The notes beneath the pieces were generated by a model. It ran no database searches. It saw only the letters and a program-made list of their open reading frames with translations, and was not told the origin of the DNA. Below, piece after piece: positions 1 through 5,906 of a stretch of DNA of 6,621 bases. The stretch is from the IMG/VR virus record IMGVR_UViG_2740892234_000004; one strand, given 5' to 3'. The position numbers and the translations under genes are program-made. The stretch comes from a virus. Taxonomy: Duplodnaviria; Heunggongvirae; Uroviricota; Caudoviricetes. Position 1 is the first letter of the stretch, and each line of letters begins with the position of its first letter.

Positions 1-9
1 CTCTCCCCC

Positions 10-41
10 AAATAAAAAGGCCTGCGATTACCAGCAGGCCT
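10..41 (-). terminator. Intrinsic terminator downstream of ren (tR2-like position)
   Basis: Inverted repeat AGGCCTGC (18-25) / GCAGGCCT (34-41) with 8-nt loop; on the minus strand the hairpin is followed by a U-tract (complement of AAATAAAAA at 10-18). Lies 26 nt past the ren stop (67-69). Confidence 0.7.
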
Positions 42-66
42 GTTATTAGCTCAGTAATGTAGATGG

Positions 67-357
67 TCATCTTTTAACTCCATATACCGCCAATACCCGT
101 TTCATCGCGGCACTCTGGCGACACTCCTTAAAAATCAGGTTCGTGCTCATCTTTCCTTCCCGTTCTTCCCTGGTAGCAAACCGGTAATACACCGTTCGCC
201 AGACCTTACCTTCGATAACCAGAAGACCTGCCCGTGCCATTTTAGCCGCGGCCTGATTTATGCTGGTTACTGTTGCGCCTGTTAGCGCGGCAACGTCCGG
301 CGCACAGAAGCTCTTGTGCGTCTCCAGATAATGAATAATTGCTTCTTTGCCCGTCAT
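67..357 (-). CDS. ren: Ren protein (lambda-type), 96 aa, complete
   Basis: Translation MTGKEAIIHYLETHKSFCAPDVAALTGATV...VYGVKR matches my recollection of lambda Ren almost residue for residue. Start ATG (355-357) overlaps the P stop (354-356) as ATGA, as in lambda. Stop TGA at 67-69. Confidence 0.85.
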   Translation of the reverse strand: MTGKEAIIHYLETHKSFCAPDVAALTGATVTSINQAAAKMARAGLLVIEGKVWRTVYYRFATREEREGKMSTNLIFKECRQSAAMKRVLAVYGVKR

Positions 358-391
358 AGACTTGCTCCTTTCAGTCCGAACTTAGCTTTGA
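354..391 (-). CDS. P: Replication protein P, extreme C-terminal fragment (truncated by N run)
   Basis: Reverse translation gives ...KAKFGLKGAS-stop, the lambda P C-terminus; the fragment ends at the N run 392-401. Confidence 0.75.
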
Positions 392-442
392 NNNNNNNNN
401 NATTATGCGTCCTCAGGTAATGAATAATTGCCTCTTTGCCCG

Positions 443-903
443 TCATACACTTGCTCCTTTCAGTCCGAACTTAGCTTTGATTTCTGCGATCTTCGCCAGA
501 GCCTGTGCACGATTTAGAGGTCTACCGCCCATGACAGGAAGTTGTTTTACTGGTTCAGGGATCGCCTCACCACGGTTAATTCTCGCAGTCATATGGACAA
601 GCTCATCTGCGGCCTTACGGCGTAATTCCGCATCAGTAAGCGCATTGGCCCGCATGTTCTGATACAGGTTGGTAACCAGCCAGTAGTGCGCGTTTGATTT
701 CCACGGATAAGACTCCGCATCCGGATACAGGCCTCGCTTCCGGCAATACTCGTAAACCATATCAACCAGCTCGCTGACGTTTGGCAGTCCGGCGATAACG
801 GATGCTTCTTCCCGGCACCATGCAACAAACTGCCCGGGTGATGGCAGAAATGGTCGATTCTGCCGACGGGCTACGCGCATTCCTGCGTTAACCTGTTCCA
901 TCG
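443..903 (-). CDS. P: Replication protein P (DnaB-loader), C-terminal ~150 aa plus stop; 5' end lost in N run. A second ren 5' fragment lies at 402-446
   Basis: Translation MEQVNAGMRVARRQNRPFLPSPGQFVAWCREEAS...ELVHMTARINRGEAIPEPVKQLPVMGGRPLNRAQALAKIAEIKAKFGLKGASV matches lambda P C-terminus. Stop at 443-445 overlaps a ren start ATG at 444-446; 402-442 reverse-translates to MTGKEAIIHYLRTHN (ren N-terminus, allele differing from 67-357). Confidence 0.85.
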
Positions 904-913
904 NNNNNNNNNN

Positions 914-1145
914 AATTTCTGCGATCTTCGCCAGCGCCTGAACACGATTTAGAGGTCTGCCGCCCATGACAGGAAGTTGTTTTACTGGTTCAGGTATCGT
1001 CTCACCACGGTTAATTCGCGCTGTCATACAGGTCAGTTCATCGGCAGCCTTGCGTCGTAATTCCGCGTCAGTCAGCGCATTGGCCCGCATGTTCTGGTAC
1101 AGGTTGGTAACCAGCCAGTAGTGCGCGTTCGATTTCCACGGATAA
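914..1145 (-). CDS. P: Replication protein P, internal fragment, second allele of the region 479-713
   Basis: About 90% identical at DNA level to 479-713, with multiple substitutions; encodes ...MRANALTDAELRRKAADELTCMTARINRGETIPEPVKQLPVMGGRPLNRVQALAKIAEI. Bounded by N runs on both sides. Confidence 0.8.
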
Positions 1146-1155
1146 NNNNNNNNNN

Positions 1156-1213
1156 GTTCTGGTCACGGTTAGCCAGACTCGCCGGGAAAGTTGCCAGTAA
1201 CTGGCTGAACACA
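1156..1213 (-). CDS. P: Replication protein P, short N-terminal-region fragment (third allele)
   Basis: Encodes VFSQLLATFPASLANRDQN; differs by substitutions from the equivalent stretches in 1224-1396 and 1407-1647. Confidence 0.7.
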
Positions 1214-1223
1214 NNNNNNNNNN

Positions 1224-1396
1224 TGGTGATCCCGTTTTCCCGGAAAGCCAGAACCCACTGGCGGCGGATTTCGTTCAGTTCATTCTGGTCCCGGTTAGCC
1301 AGGCTCGCCGGGAAAGTTGCCAGTAACTGGCTGAACACACCATTGATAATCTGCGCTACCTGCTGTACCTGCGGCTTTTCGTCGTACTGTTCCGGC
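1224..1396 (-). CDS. P: Replication protein P, N-terminal-region fragment
   Basis: Encodes PEQYDEKPQVQQVAQIINGVFSQLLATFPASLANRDQNELNEIRRQWVLAFRENGIT, i.e. lambda P residues around 24-80. Confidence 0.8.
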
Positions 1397-1406
1397 NNNN
1401 NNNNNN

Positions 1407-1647
1407 AGGTGATCCCGTTTTCCCGGAAAGCCAGAACCCACTGGCGGCGGATTTCATTCAGTTCGTTCTGGTCCCGGTTAGCCAGACTCGCCGGGAAAGT
1501 TGCCAGTAACTGGCTGAACACACCGTTGATGATCTGCGCTACCTGTTGTACCTGCGGCTTTTCGTCGTACTGTTCCGGCATGTTATTGGCGATCCGGCGC
1601 ATCTGCTCACGGTCAAAATTAACCATCTGTGCGGCGATGTTTTTCAT
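1407..1647 (-). CDS. P: Replication protein P, N-terminal 80 aa with start codon
   Basis: Encodes MKNIAAQMVNFDREQMRRIANNMPEQYDEKPQ... Start ATG at 1645-1647 overlaps the O stop (1644-1646) as ATGA. Confidence 0.85.
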
Positions 1648-1749
1648 AGCTCCACCCCGTAAATCCAGTCAGTGTTCGTCAGGTCGAGTTTTGGTTTTCC
1701 GGCTGTCACGCCAGCCTGTTGCTTGTTACGGTTGATTTCGAGTTGGGTC
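1644..1749 (-). CDS. O: Replication initiator O, C-terminal fragment with stop
   Basis: Reverse translation ends ...LDLTNTDWIYGVEL-stop, as for lambda O C-terminus; truncated upstream by N run 1750-1759. Confidence 0.8.
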
Positions 1750-1759
1750 NNNNNNNNNN

Positions 1760-1822
1760 GTTGGTGATCCGACGCATCTGCTCACGGTCAAAGTTAACCA
1801 TCTGTGCGGCGATGTTTTTCAT
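1760..1822 (-). CDS. P: Replication protein P, 5' fragment with start codon (another allele)
   Basis: Encodes MKNIAAQMVNFDREQMRRI...; ATG at 1820-1822 overlaps the O stop at 1819-1821. Confidence 0.75.
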
Positions 1823-1999
1823 AAATCCACCCCGTAAATCCAGTCAGTGTTTGTCAGGTCGAGTTTTGGTTTTCCAGCTGTCACGCCAGCCTGTTGCTTG
1901 TTACGGTTGATTTCGAGTTGGGTCCACTTGTCGCGGAGTTTGGCCGGACTTAGCACGTTACCGGACCAGAAGTTGTCCTGGCATGCCCAGCGGAACAGC
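1819..1999 (-). CDS. O: Replication initiator O, C-terminal fragment with stop (allele ending ...DWIYGVDL)
   Basis: Encodes LFRWACQDNFWSGNVLSPAKLRDKWTQLEINRNKQQAGVTAGKPKLDLTNTDWIYGVDL-stop, matching lambda O C-terminus. Confidence 0.85.
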
Positions 2000-2009
2000 N
2001 NNNNNNNNN

Positions 2010-2586
2010 GATCCACCCCGTAAATCCAGTCTGTGTTTGTCAGGTCGAGTTTTGGTTTGCTGGCTGTCACGACTGCCTGTTGCTTGTTACGGTTGATTTC
2101 GAGCTGGGTCCACTTGTCGCGGAGTTTGGCCGGGCTCAGCACGTTACCGGACCAGAAGTTGTCCTGGCATGCCCAGCGGAACAGCACGCACATGTCGCGG
2201 TGGTTACGTCCGTCACGTTCACGCATCAGGCGGATATCGTTAGCCCACCCAGCAAAATTCGGTTTTCTGGCTGATGGTGCGATAGTCTTCACCATGTCAA
2301 ACATCCACTCTGCGGCGGTCAGGTCTTCTGCTGTCCCCCACTTGCTGCCGCTCTGAATTGCAGCATCCGGTTTCACCACAGAAAGGTCGTTTTCTGGCTG
2401 GTCAGAGGATTCGCCAGAATTCTCTGACGAATAATCTTTTCTTTTTTCTTTTGTAATAGTGTCTTTTGTGTCCCCCTGTTTTGAGGGATAGCAATCCCCC
2501 AATTTGAGGGATGTTTTATCCCTCGTTTTAGGGGATTTTCCCTCGTTTTGAGGGATGCACCATTCTGAGATGTTTTTATTTGGTCC
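2010..2586 (-). CDS. O: Replication initiator O (lambda-type), internal fragment of ~190 aa containing the origin; no start or stop inside the fragment
   Basis: Encodes GPNKNISEWCIPQNEGKSPKTRDKTSLKLGDCYPSKQGDTKDTITKEKRKDYSSENSGESSDQPENDLSVVKPDAAIQSGSKWGTAEDLTAAEWMFDMVKTIAPSARKPNFAGWANDIRLMRERDGRNHRDMCVLFRWACQDNFW..., matching lambda O; bounded by N runs. Confidence 0.85.
2431..2555. repeat. Lambda-type replication origin: four ~17-18 bp iterons plus adjacent AT-rich region, inside O
   Basis: Iterons TCCCCCTGTTTTGAGGGA (2471-2488), TCCCCCAATTTGAGGGA (2495-2511), TCCCTCGTTTTAGGGGA (2519-2535), TCCCTCGTTTTGAGGGA (2539-2555), each with dyad symmetry, preceded by AT-rich 2431-2470. Architecture matches ori-lambda. 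Confidence 0.8.
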
Positions 2587-2596
2587 NNNNNNNNNN

Positions 2597-3172
2597 CGCA
2601 GCATCCGGTTTCACCACAGGAAGGGCATTTTCTGGCTGGTCAGAGGATTCGTCAGAATTCTCGGACGAAAAAGGTTTTATATTGTCTTTTGTTAGTTTGT
2701 CTTTTGTGTTTACCTGATTCGGGTAAGTGCCTTTACCTGATTTGGGTAAACTTTTCTTACCTGACTCAGGTAAATTTACCTCTTTCAGGTAAACTTTATT
2801 TTTCTTACCTGATTCGGGTAATGTTGACCATTCACTGACCACATTATTGATGCCGATATTCCGCCCGCTCTGAATAAGAATCCCACGCTTTACCAGAACG
2901 CTTTTTGCAGCAGAACACTTGTGCGGCAATATCCCGGTCAATTCGGAAAGTTGCTCGTTGCTCACCCAATCCAGTTTTTTATTAAAGCCATATGTTTTGC
3001 GCATGACAGCCAGGAAGACCAGAAGCTGGTGCTGTTTTAATCCGGCCAGCATTACAGCTTCCAGCAACTCATTTGCAATGCGCGTATAACCATCATCGAG
3101 ATCTGCCACGCGCGGCTCCTTTTGTGCCACATCCGGCACTGGAAAATTGAATATCTCAGCAGTGTTTGCCAT
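2597..3172 (-). CDS. O-like replication initiator, N-terminal DNA-binding domain of a non-lambda specificity; 3' end lost in N run
   Basis: ATG at 3170-3172 preceded by GGAGG (about 4 nt spacer). Encodes MANTAEIFNFPVPDVAQKEPRVADLDDGYTRIANELLEAV...MRKTYGFNKK..., parallel to the lambda O N-terminus (…NVADLDDGYARLSNMLLEA…LRKTYGWNKP…) but diverged. The linker SSENSDESSDQPENALPVVKPDAA is near-identical to lambda O. The ORF-track start at 3262 is an upstream in-frame extension I do not believe. Confidence 0.8.
2668..2821. repeat. Second, distinct iteron-type replication origin: five 17-bp TTACCT..AGGTAA iterons plus AT-rich region, inside the O-like gene
   Basis: Iterons TTACCTGATTCGGGTAA (2710-2726), TTACCTGATTTGGGTAA (2733-2749), TTACCTGACTCAGGTAA (2757-2773), TTACCTCTTTCAGGTAA (2776-2792), TTACCTGATTCGGGTAA (2805-2821); AT-rich stretch about 2668-2709. 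Iterons encode the repeated LPESGK peptide in the O-like protein. Confidence 0.75.
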
Positions 3173-3258
3173 AATTCCTCCCGCAATGAGTGTGTTACGA
3201 TTTGCACCTGAAAGTCGGTTCTGTTCGCGCAGACCGGCTTTCGCCATTTCTGAACCTG

Positions 3259-3804
3259 TCATATTGCCCCCAGCATGGTGGTGACCATCGCCATCAGTGG
3301 ACCAGCCAGATCCGGGTCCACACGAAACATCGACACAATGCCTTCACTCATCTCCTTCAGTTTCTGGTGGCGTGGTGCGTTGAGAATGACAGCCTGTTTT
3401 GCCTCACTGAGTTCCTTTTCCATTTCAGCCAGCCGAGCCATGAAGCTATCCTGCCCAACCAGGTGGCCGCGATATTCCAGCGGTAGTACCGCCAGAATTG
3501 CCGGGGTCAGTTCACGCACGTTATTTCGGTATTTTTCAGAATCGAATTTGTTATCGAGGAAGCGGAACAGCTTCTGGCGTGCACGGCTGACATCATCAGG
3601 GAAATCGATGGTGCCGCCGCCCTGCTCCCGATACTCATTCACAATGAGTGCGGCAACAACATCCTGATTATCTGCAGCCGACCAGGCGCGAACGGCATCA
3701 CGGATTTTTTCGTGGCCTGGCGCCTGTTTTGTTTGAGAACGATTTATCACCGCAGTCGGGCTAAATCCGCTAGTCTGTTGGTATGTAAGTGATTGCATAG
3801 TCAT
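3259..3804 (-). CDS. YdaT-like protein in the cII position (lysogeny-establishment regulator analog), 181 aa
   Basis: Located between cro-like gene and O, where lambda has cII, but far longer than lambda CII. Segments AALIVNEYREQGGG and LTPAILAVLPLEYRGHL resemble what I recall of Rac-prophage YdaT (recollection, not searched). Start could be the ATG at 3802-3804 or the ATG two codons downstream (3796-3798), which has better SD spacing. Confidence 0.6.
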   Translation of the reverse strand: MTMQSLTYQQTSGFSPTAVINRSQTKQAPGHEKIRDAVRAWSAADNQDVVAALIVNEYREQGGGTIDFPDDVSRARQKLFRFLDNKFDSEKYRNNVRELTPAILAVLPLEYRGHLVGQDSFMARLAEMEKELSEAKQAVILNAPRHQKLKEMSEGIVSMFRVDPDLAGPLMAMVTTMLGAI

Positions 3805-3828
3805 TGCCTTATCAGTTAACGCCGCAGT

Positions 3829-4056
3829 TTAGGCGGCAGAATTACTCGCGTTAAACAATGGTGCGAGGTCGGGACGAATATCTGCTGGTTTAATCTTTCC
3901 ACCAGTGGCTGAGACAATTTTCATTACATAGCGGGCATCAATTCCGCCACCGTGTAGCCAACGCCAAACAGTGGGTTGGGCTACACCGCATAGATCTGCC
4001 AGTCGTTTTTGACTACCTGTAATACTGATTGCGAGTTGAATGGTTTGATTTGTCAT
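3829..4056 (-). CDS. Cro-like / YdaS-like HTH transcriptional regulator, ~75 aa
   Basis: Small basic protein MTNQTIQLAISITGSQKRLADLCGVAQPTVWRWLHGG... with a helix-turn-helix signature; diverges from the cI-like gene across a promoter/operator region. AGGA about 7 nt upstream of ATG 4054-4056. The ORF track begins at a TTG (4060-4062) two codons upstream. Confidence 0.75.
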   Translation of the reverse strand: MTNQTIQLAISITGSQKRLADLCGVAQPTVWRWLHGGGIDARYVMKIVSATGGKIKPADIRPDLAPLFNASNSAA

Positions 4057-4087
4057 TATCAATTCCTATTGGTATTGCAATGAATAG

Positions 4088-4116
4088 ATAATAGCAATGC
4101 GTATTAACCCAATCAA
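4088..4116 (-). promoter_or_regulatory. PR-like promoter driving the cro-like gene
   Basis: On the minus strand: -35 TTGATT (complement of 4111-4116), 17-nt spacer, -10 TATTAT (complement of 4088-4093); about 25 nt upstream of the cro-like RBS. Overlapped by operator-like motifs. Confidence 0.45.
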
Positions 4117-4125
4117 TAGCAAAAC
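4090..4125. promoter_or_regulatory. Operator-like motifs (OR): AATAGCAATGCGTATTAA (4090-4107) and AATAGCAAAAC (4115-4125)
   Basis: Both motifs recur downstream at 6013-6050 (16/18 and 11/11 identical); they overlap the -10 and -35 of the PR-like promoter. A perfect palindrome ATTGCAAT lies at 4074-4081. Confidence 0.4.
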
Positions 4126-4130
4126 GTGTT

Positions 4131-4166
4131 TTGACCATCAATACGCAAGCGTATAAATTAAAACTT
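4131..4166 (+). promoter_or_regulatory. PRM-like promoter for the repressor, likely producing a leaderless transcript
   Basis: -35 TTGACC (4131-4136), 15-17 nt spacer, -10 TATAAAT (4152-4158); predicted start about 4165-4167 coincides with the ATG at 4167, and there is no SD, as for lambda cI from PRM. Confidence 0.45.
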
Positions 4167-4859
4167 ATGAAAAAAGAAACTCTTGCTGATCGCTTAAACC
4201 TAGCGATGGAACAATCTGGAATGTCTCAAGGCGCTCTTGCAAAGGCGTCTGGCGTAGCTCAACCCACAATCTGGAGACTGACAAGCGGCAACGCGCGCGG
4301 CTCAACAAAAATTGTTGAAATAGCTAATGCATTGGGTGTTCGAACTGAGTGGCTCTCATCAGGCATAGGCCCGATGAGAAATGACGGTCAACAATCAGGG
4401 AAGCCTGCTGTCAACCATTCCAAATACTTCAAGATTGACGTTCTTGATATAGAAGTCAGTGCCGGGCCGGGTGTCATCAATCGTGAGTTTGTAGAAGTTC
4501 TACGCTCGGTTGAGTACTCGTTTGACGATGCTCGTCACATGTTCGATGGCAGGAAGGCGGAAAATATCCGCATCATTAACGTGCGTGGTGACAGCATGTC
4601 AGGAACGATCGAACCAGGTGATCTGCTGTTCGTTGATATCACGGTTAAATCTTTCGACGGTGATGGTATCTATGCGTTTCTGTACGACGACACAGCCCAT
4701 GTAAAGCGTCTGCAAATGATGAAGGATAAGCTGCTGGTTATCTCTGATAACAAGAGCTACTCACCTTGGGACCCGATCGAGAAAGACGAGATGAACCGGG
4801 TGTTCATCTTCGGTAAGGTTATTGGGAGCATGCCGCAGACGTATAGGAAGCATGGGTAG
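4167..4859 (+). CDS. cI-like prophage repressor: N-terminal HTH plus C-terminal S24 (LexA-like) autopeptidase domain; 230 aa from ATG 4167
   Basis: HTH region LADRLNLAMEQSGMSQGALAKASGVAQPTIWRLTSG; candidate Ala-Gly cleavage site (VSAGPG, codons 4461-4466); catalytic Ser in GDSM (4593-4595) and Lys in VKRL (4704-4706). The ORF-track start at 4131 is a TTG that is itself the -35 hexamer, so I prefer ATG 4167. Confidence 0.85.
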   Translation: MKKETLADRLNLAMEQSGMSQGALAKASGVAQPTIWRLTSGNARGSTKIVEIANALGVRTEWLSSGIGPMRNDGQQSGKPAVNHSKYFKIDVLDIEVSAGPGVINREFVEVLRSVEYSFDDARHMFDGRKAENIRIINVRGDSMSGTIEPGDLLFVDITVKSFDGDGIYAFLYDDTAHVKRLQMMKDKLLVISDNKSYSPWDPIEKDEMNRVFIFGKVIGSMPQTYRKHG

Positions 4860-4932
4860 CCATACAATAGAAGTTTTAAGATTTAAGACAATATCGTAAA
4901 TTAACTGTATATGTGATCAGGTGAATGCCATA

Positions 4933-5874
4933 ATGGATGCGGGCAACAATTCGGAAACCAATGATATGAAGTTCAGGATAGTATACGACGGTCCGGCACT
5001 GGAAACGCATGAAATGAACGTGCGAGACCTTGCTCCTGCCCTTCTATCACTATCAGATGCATTAGAGGAAGCCGGTAAAACTCTCTACGGAAACAAGACT
5101 GTTGTTTCTGTAAAAGTCAATGCATCATTTAAAGCTGGCTCATTTGGAATAGATCTGGTTGCCTCATCTACATCTTGGTTCAAACAGGCTGTTGATTTTT
5201 TATCCGGCGATTCAGCAACAGCCGCTGCGAATTTGATTGCTTTTATTGGACTCTGTCCTGGTTCTAAAGAAAAAATATGCAAAGGCCTAATTCAACTGAT
5301 AAAATGGATAGGTCCAAGGAAAATAAAAAAATTACACAATTTGCCTGATAGCAACATCGAAGTCTTTGTTGATGACGAAAGCGAGATCTACGACAGTAAC
5401 GTTATTGAACTTTATAAAAATATTAAACTTCGCTCTTCATTACAAGAAGTTATAAGTAAGCCATTAGAGCAGGAAGGCATTGACAGCTTTGCCTCTACTG
5501 TCGATGATGGTTTGACATTCATGACGATCAACAAGCAAGAAGCACATTATTTCAAAGTCAATCTACCAGCAGAATCAATAATTTCAGAGTACACAGTAGA
5601 GAAAGCCCTTCAAATTAAAAATATTTCCTTCAATGAAGGAAGCCGGTGGCGGTTTTCTGATGGTGCCAGTAGCTTTTTGGCTGAAATAAAAGACCAGAAA
5701 TTCATCAGCGATATTGATAACAACACCTTAAATTTTTCTAAAGGTGATATGTTACTTGTAGATTTAAAAGTAACTCAATATATGATCGGAGATGCCATAA
5801 AAACCATATTCGAAATTGAGCATGTAAAAAAACAGTTGAATCCTCAAAGGCAAATAGATCTTCCATTCGAATAA
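4933..5874 (+). CDS. Orphan protein of unknown function (313 aa from ATG 4933; 317 aa from GTG 4921) in the rexAB-equivalent slot downstream of the repressor; candidate lysogenic-conversion or phage-exclusion moron
   Basis: Long uninterrupted ORF, same strand as repressor, 61-73 nt downstream of its stop. AGGTGA (4918-4923) lies 9 nt before ATG 4933; another candidate start is ATG 4966 (MKFRIVYDG...). Followed immediately by a strong intrinsic terminator. Visibly AT-rich. I recognise no catalytic motif, Walker box or transmembrane segment by eye. Confidence 0.7.
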   Translation: MDAGNNSETNDMKFRIVYDGPALETHEMNVRDLAPALLSLSDALEEAGKTLYGNKTVVSVKVNASFKAGSFGIDLVASSTSWFKQAVDFLSGDSATAAANLIAFIGLCPGSKEKICKGLIQLIKWIGPRKIKKLHNLPDSNIEVFVDDESEIYDSNVIELYKNIKLRSSLQEVISKPLEQEGIDSFASTVDDGLTFMTINKQEAHYFKVNLPAESIISEYTVEKALQIKNISFNEGSRWRFSDGASSFLAEIKDQKFISDIDNNTLNFSKGDMLLVDLKVTQYMIGDAIKTIFEIEHVKKQLNPQRQIDLPFE

Positions 5875-5879
5875 AGATA

Positions 5880-5906
5880 CCCGGCCACCGTGCCGGGTTT
5901 TCTTTT
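5880..5906 (+). terminator. Rho-independent terminator ending the repressor/moron transcription unit
   Basis: Stem CCCGGC (5880-5885) / GCCGGG (5892-5897), 6-nt loop, then TTTTCTTTT (5898-5906); begins 6 nt after the stop codon at 5872-5874. Confidence 0.8.

Noticed and set aside
405-828. ORFs 405-662 (+) and 589-828 (-)
   Set aside because: Both overlap the well-supported P coding frame (antisense or out of frame); their translations are Ser/Arg/Cys-rich with no RBS.
443-1090. 215-aa ORF in the supplied track, read as a single gene
   Set aside because: It crosses the N run at 904-913 and fuses two different allelic copies of the P C-terminus; the repeated MRANALTDAELRRKAADEL block is a scaffold artefact, not an internal duplication.
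1072-1647. 191-aa ORF in the supplied track
   Set aside because: It crosses three N runs and concatenates three copies of the same P N-terminal segment; only the individual fragments are real.
1121-1735. 204-aa plus-strand ORF
   Set aside because: Antisense to P fragments, crosses N runs, with a Cys/Arg-rich low-complexity translation typical of the reverse frame of a GC-rich gene.
1719-2356. Plus-strand ORFs 1719-1910, 2033-2356 and 2080-2274
   Set aside because: Antisense to the O gene fragments; two of them repeat the same MLVTVDFELG translation because the fragments are duplicate alleles.
1819-2604. 261-aa ORF in the supplied track
   Set aside because: It crosses N runs at 2000-2009 and 2587-2596 and joins two copies of the O C-terminus; the apparent start at 2604 lies in a different fragment.
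2471-2821. Regularly spaced short repeats considered as a CRISPR array
   Set aside because: Repeats are 17-18 bp with internal dyad symmetry, lie inside the O reading frame and adjoin an AT-rich tract: a replication origin iteron array, not CRISPR.
3173-3262. N-terminal extension of the O-like ORF starting at 3262 (MTGSEMAKAGLREQ...)
   Set aside because: It would overlap the YdaT-like gene stop; the internal ATG at 3170-3172 has a GGAGG RBS and aligns with the lambda O N-terminus, so the extension is an in-frame upstream read-through.
3190-3667. Plus-strand ORFs 3190-3486 and 3275-3667
   Set aside because: Antisense to the YdaT-like gene and O-like start, without RBS; the minus-strand genes have a coherent lambdoid context.
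4131-4166. TTG start at 4131 for the repressor (242-aa version)
   Set aside because: The TTG is the -35 hexamer (TTGACC) of the PRM-like promoter, so the extension would lie upstream of the predicted transcript start; ATG 4167 is preferred.
4510-4704. 64-aa plus-strand ORF inside the repressor gene
   Set aside because: Out-of-frame overlap within the S24 peptidase domain coding region; no independent support.
5085-5282. 65-aa minus-strand ORF inside the orphan gene
   Set aside because: Antisense and fully embedded in the long plus-strand ORF; no RBS.
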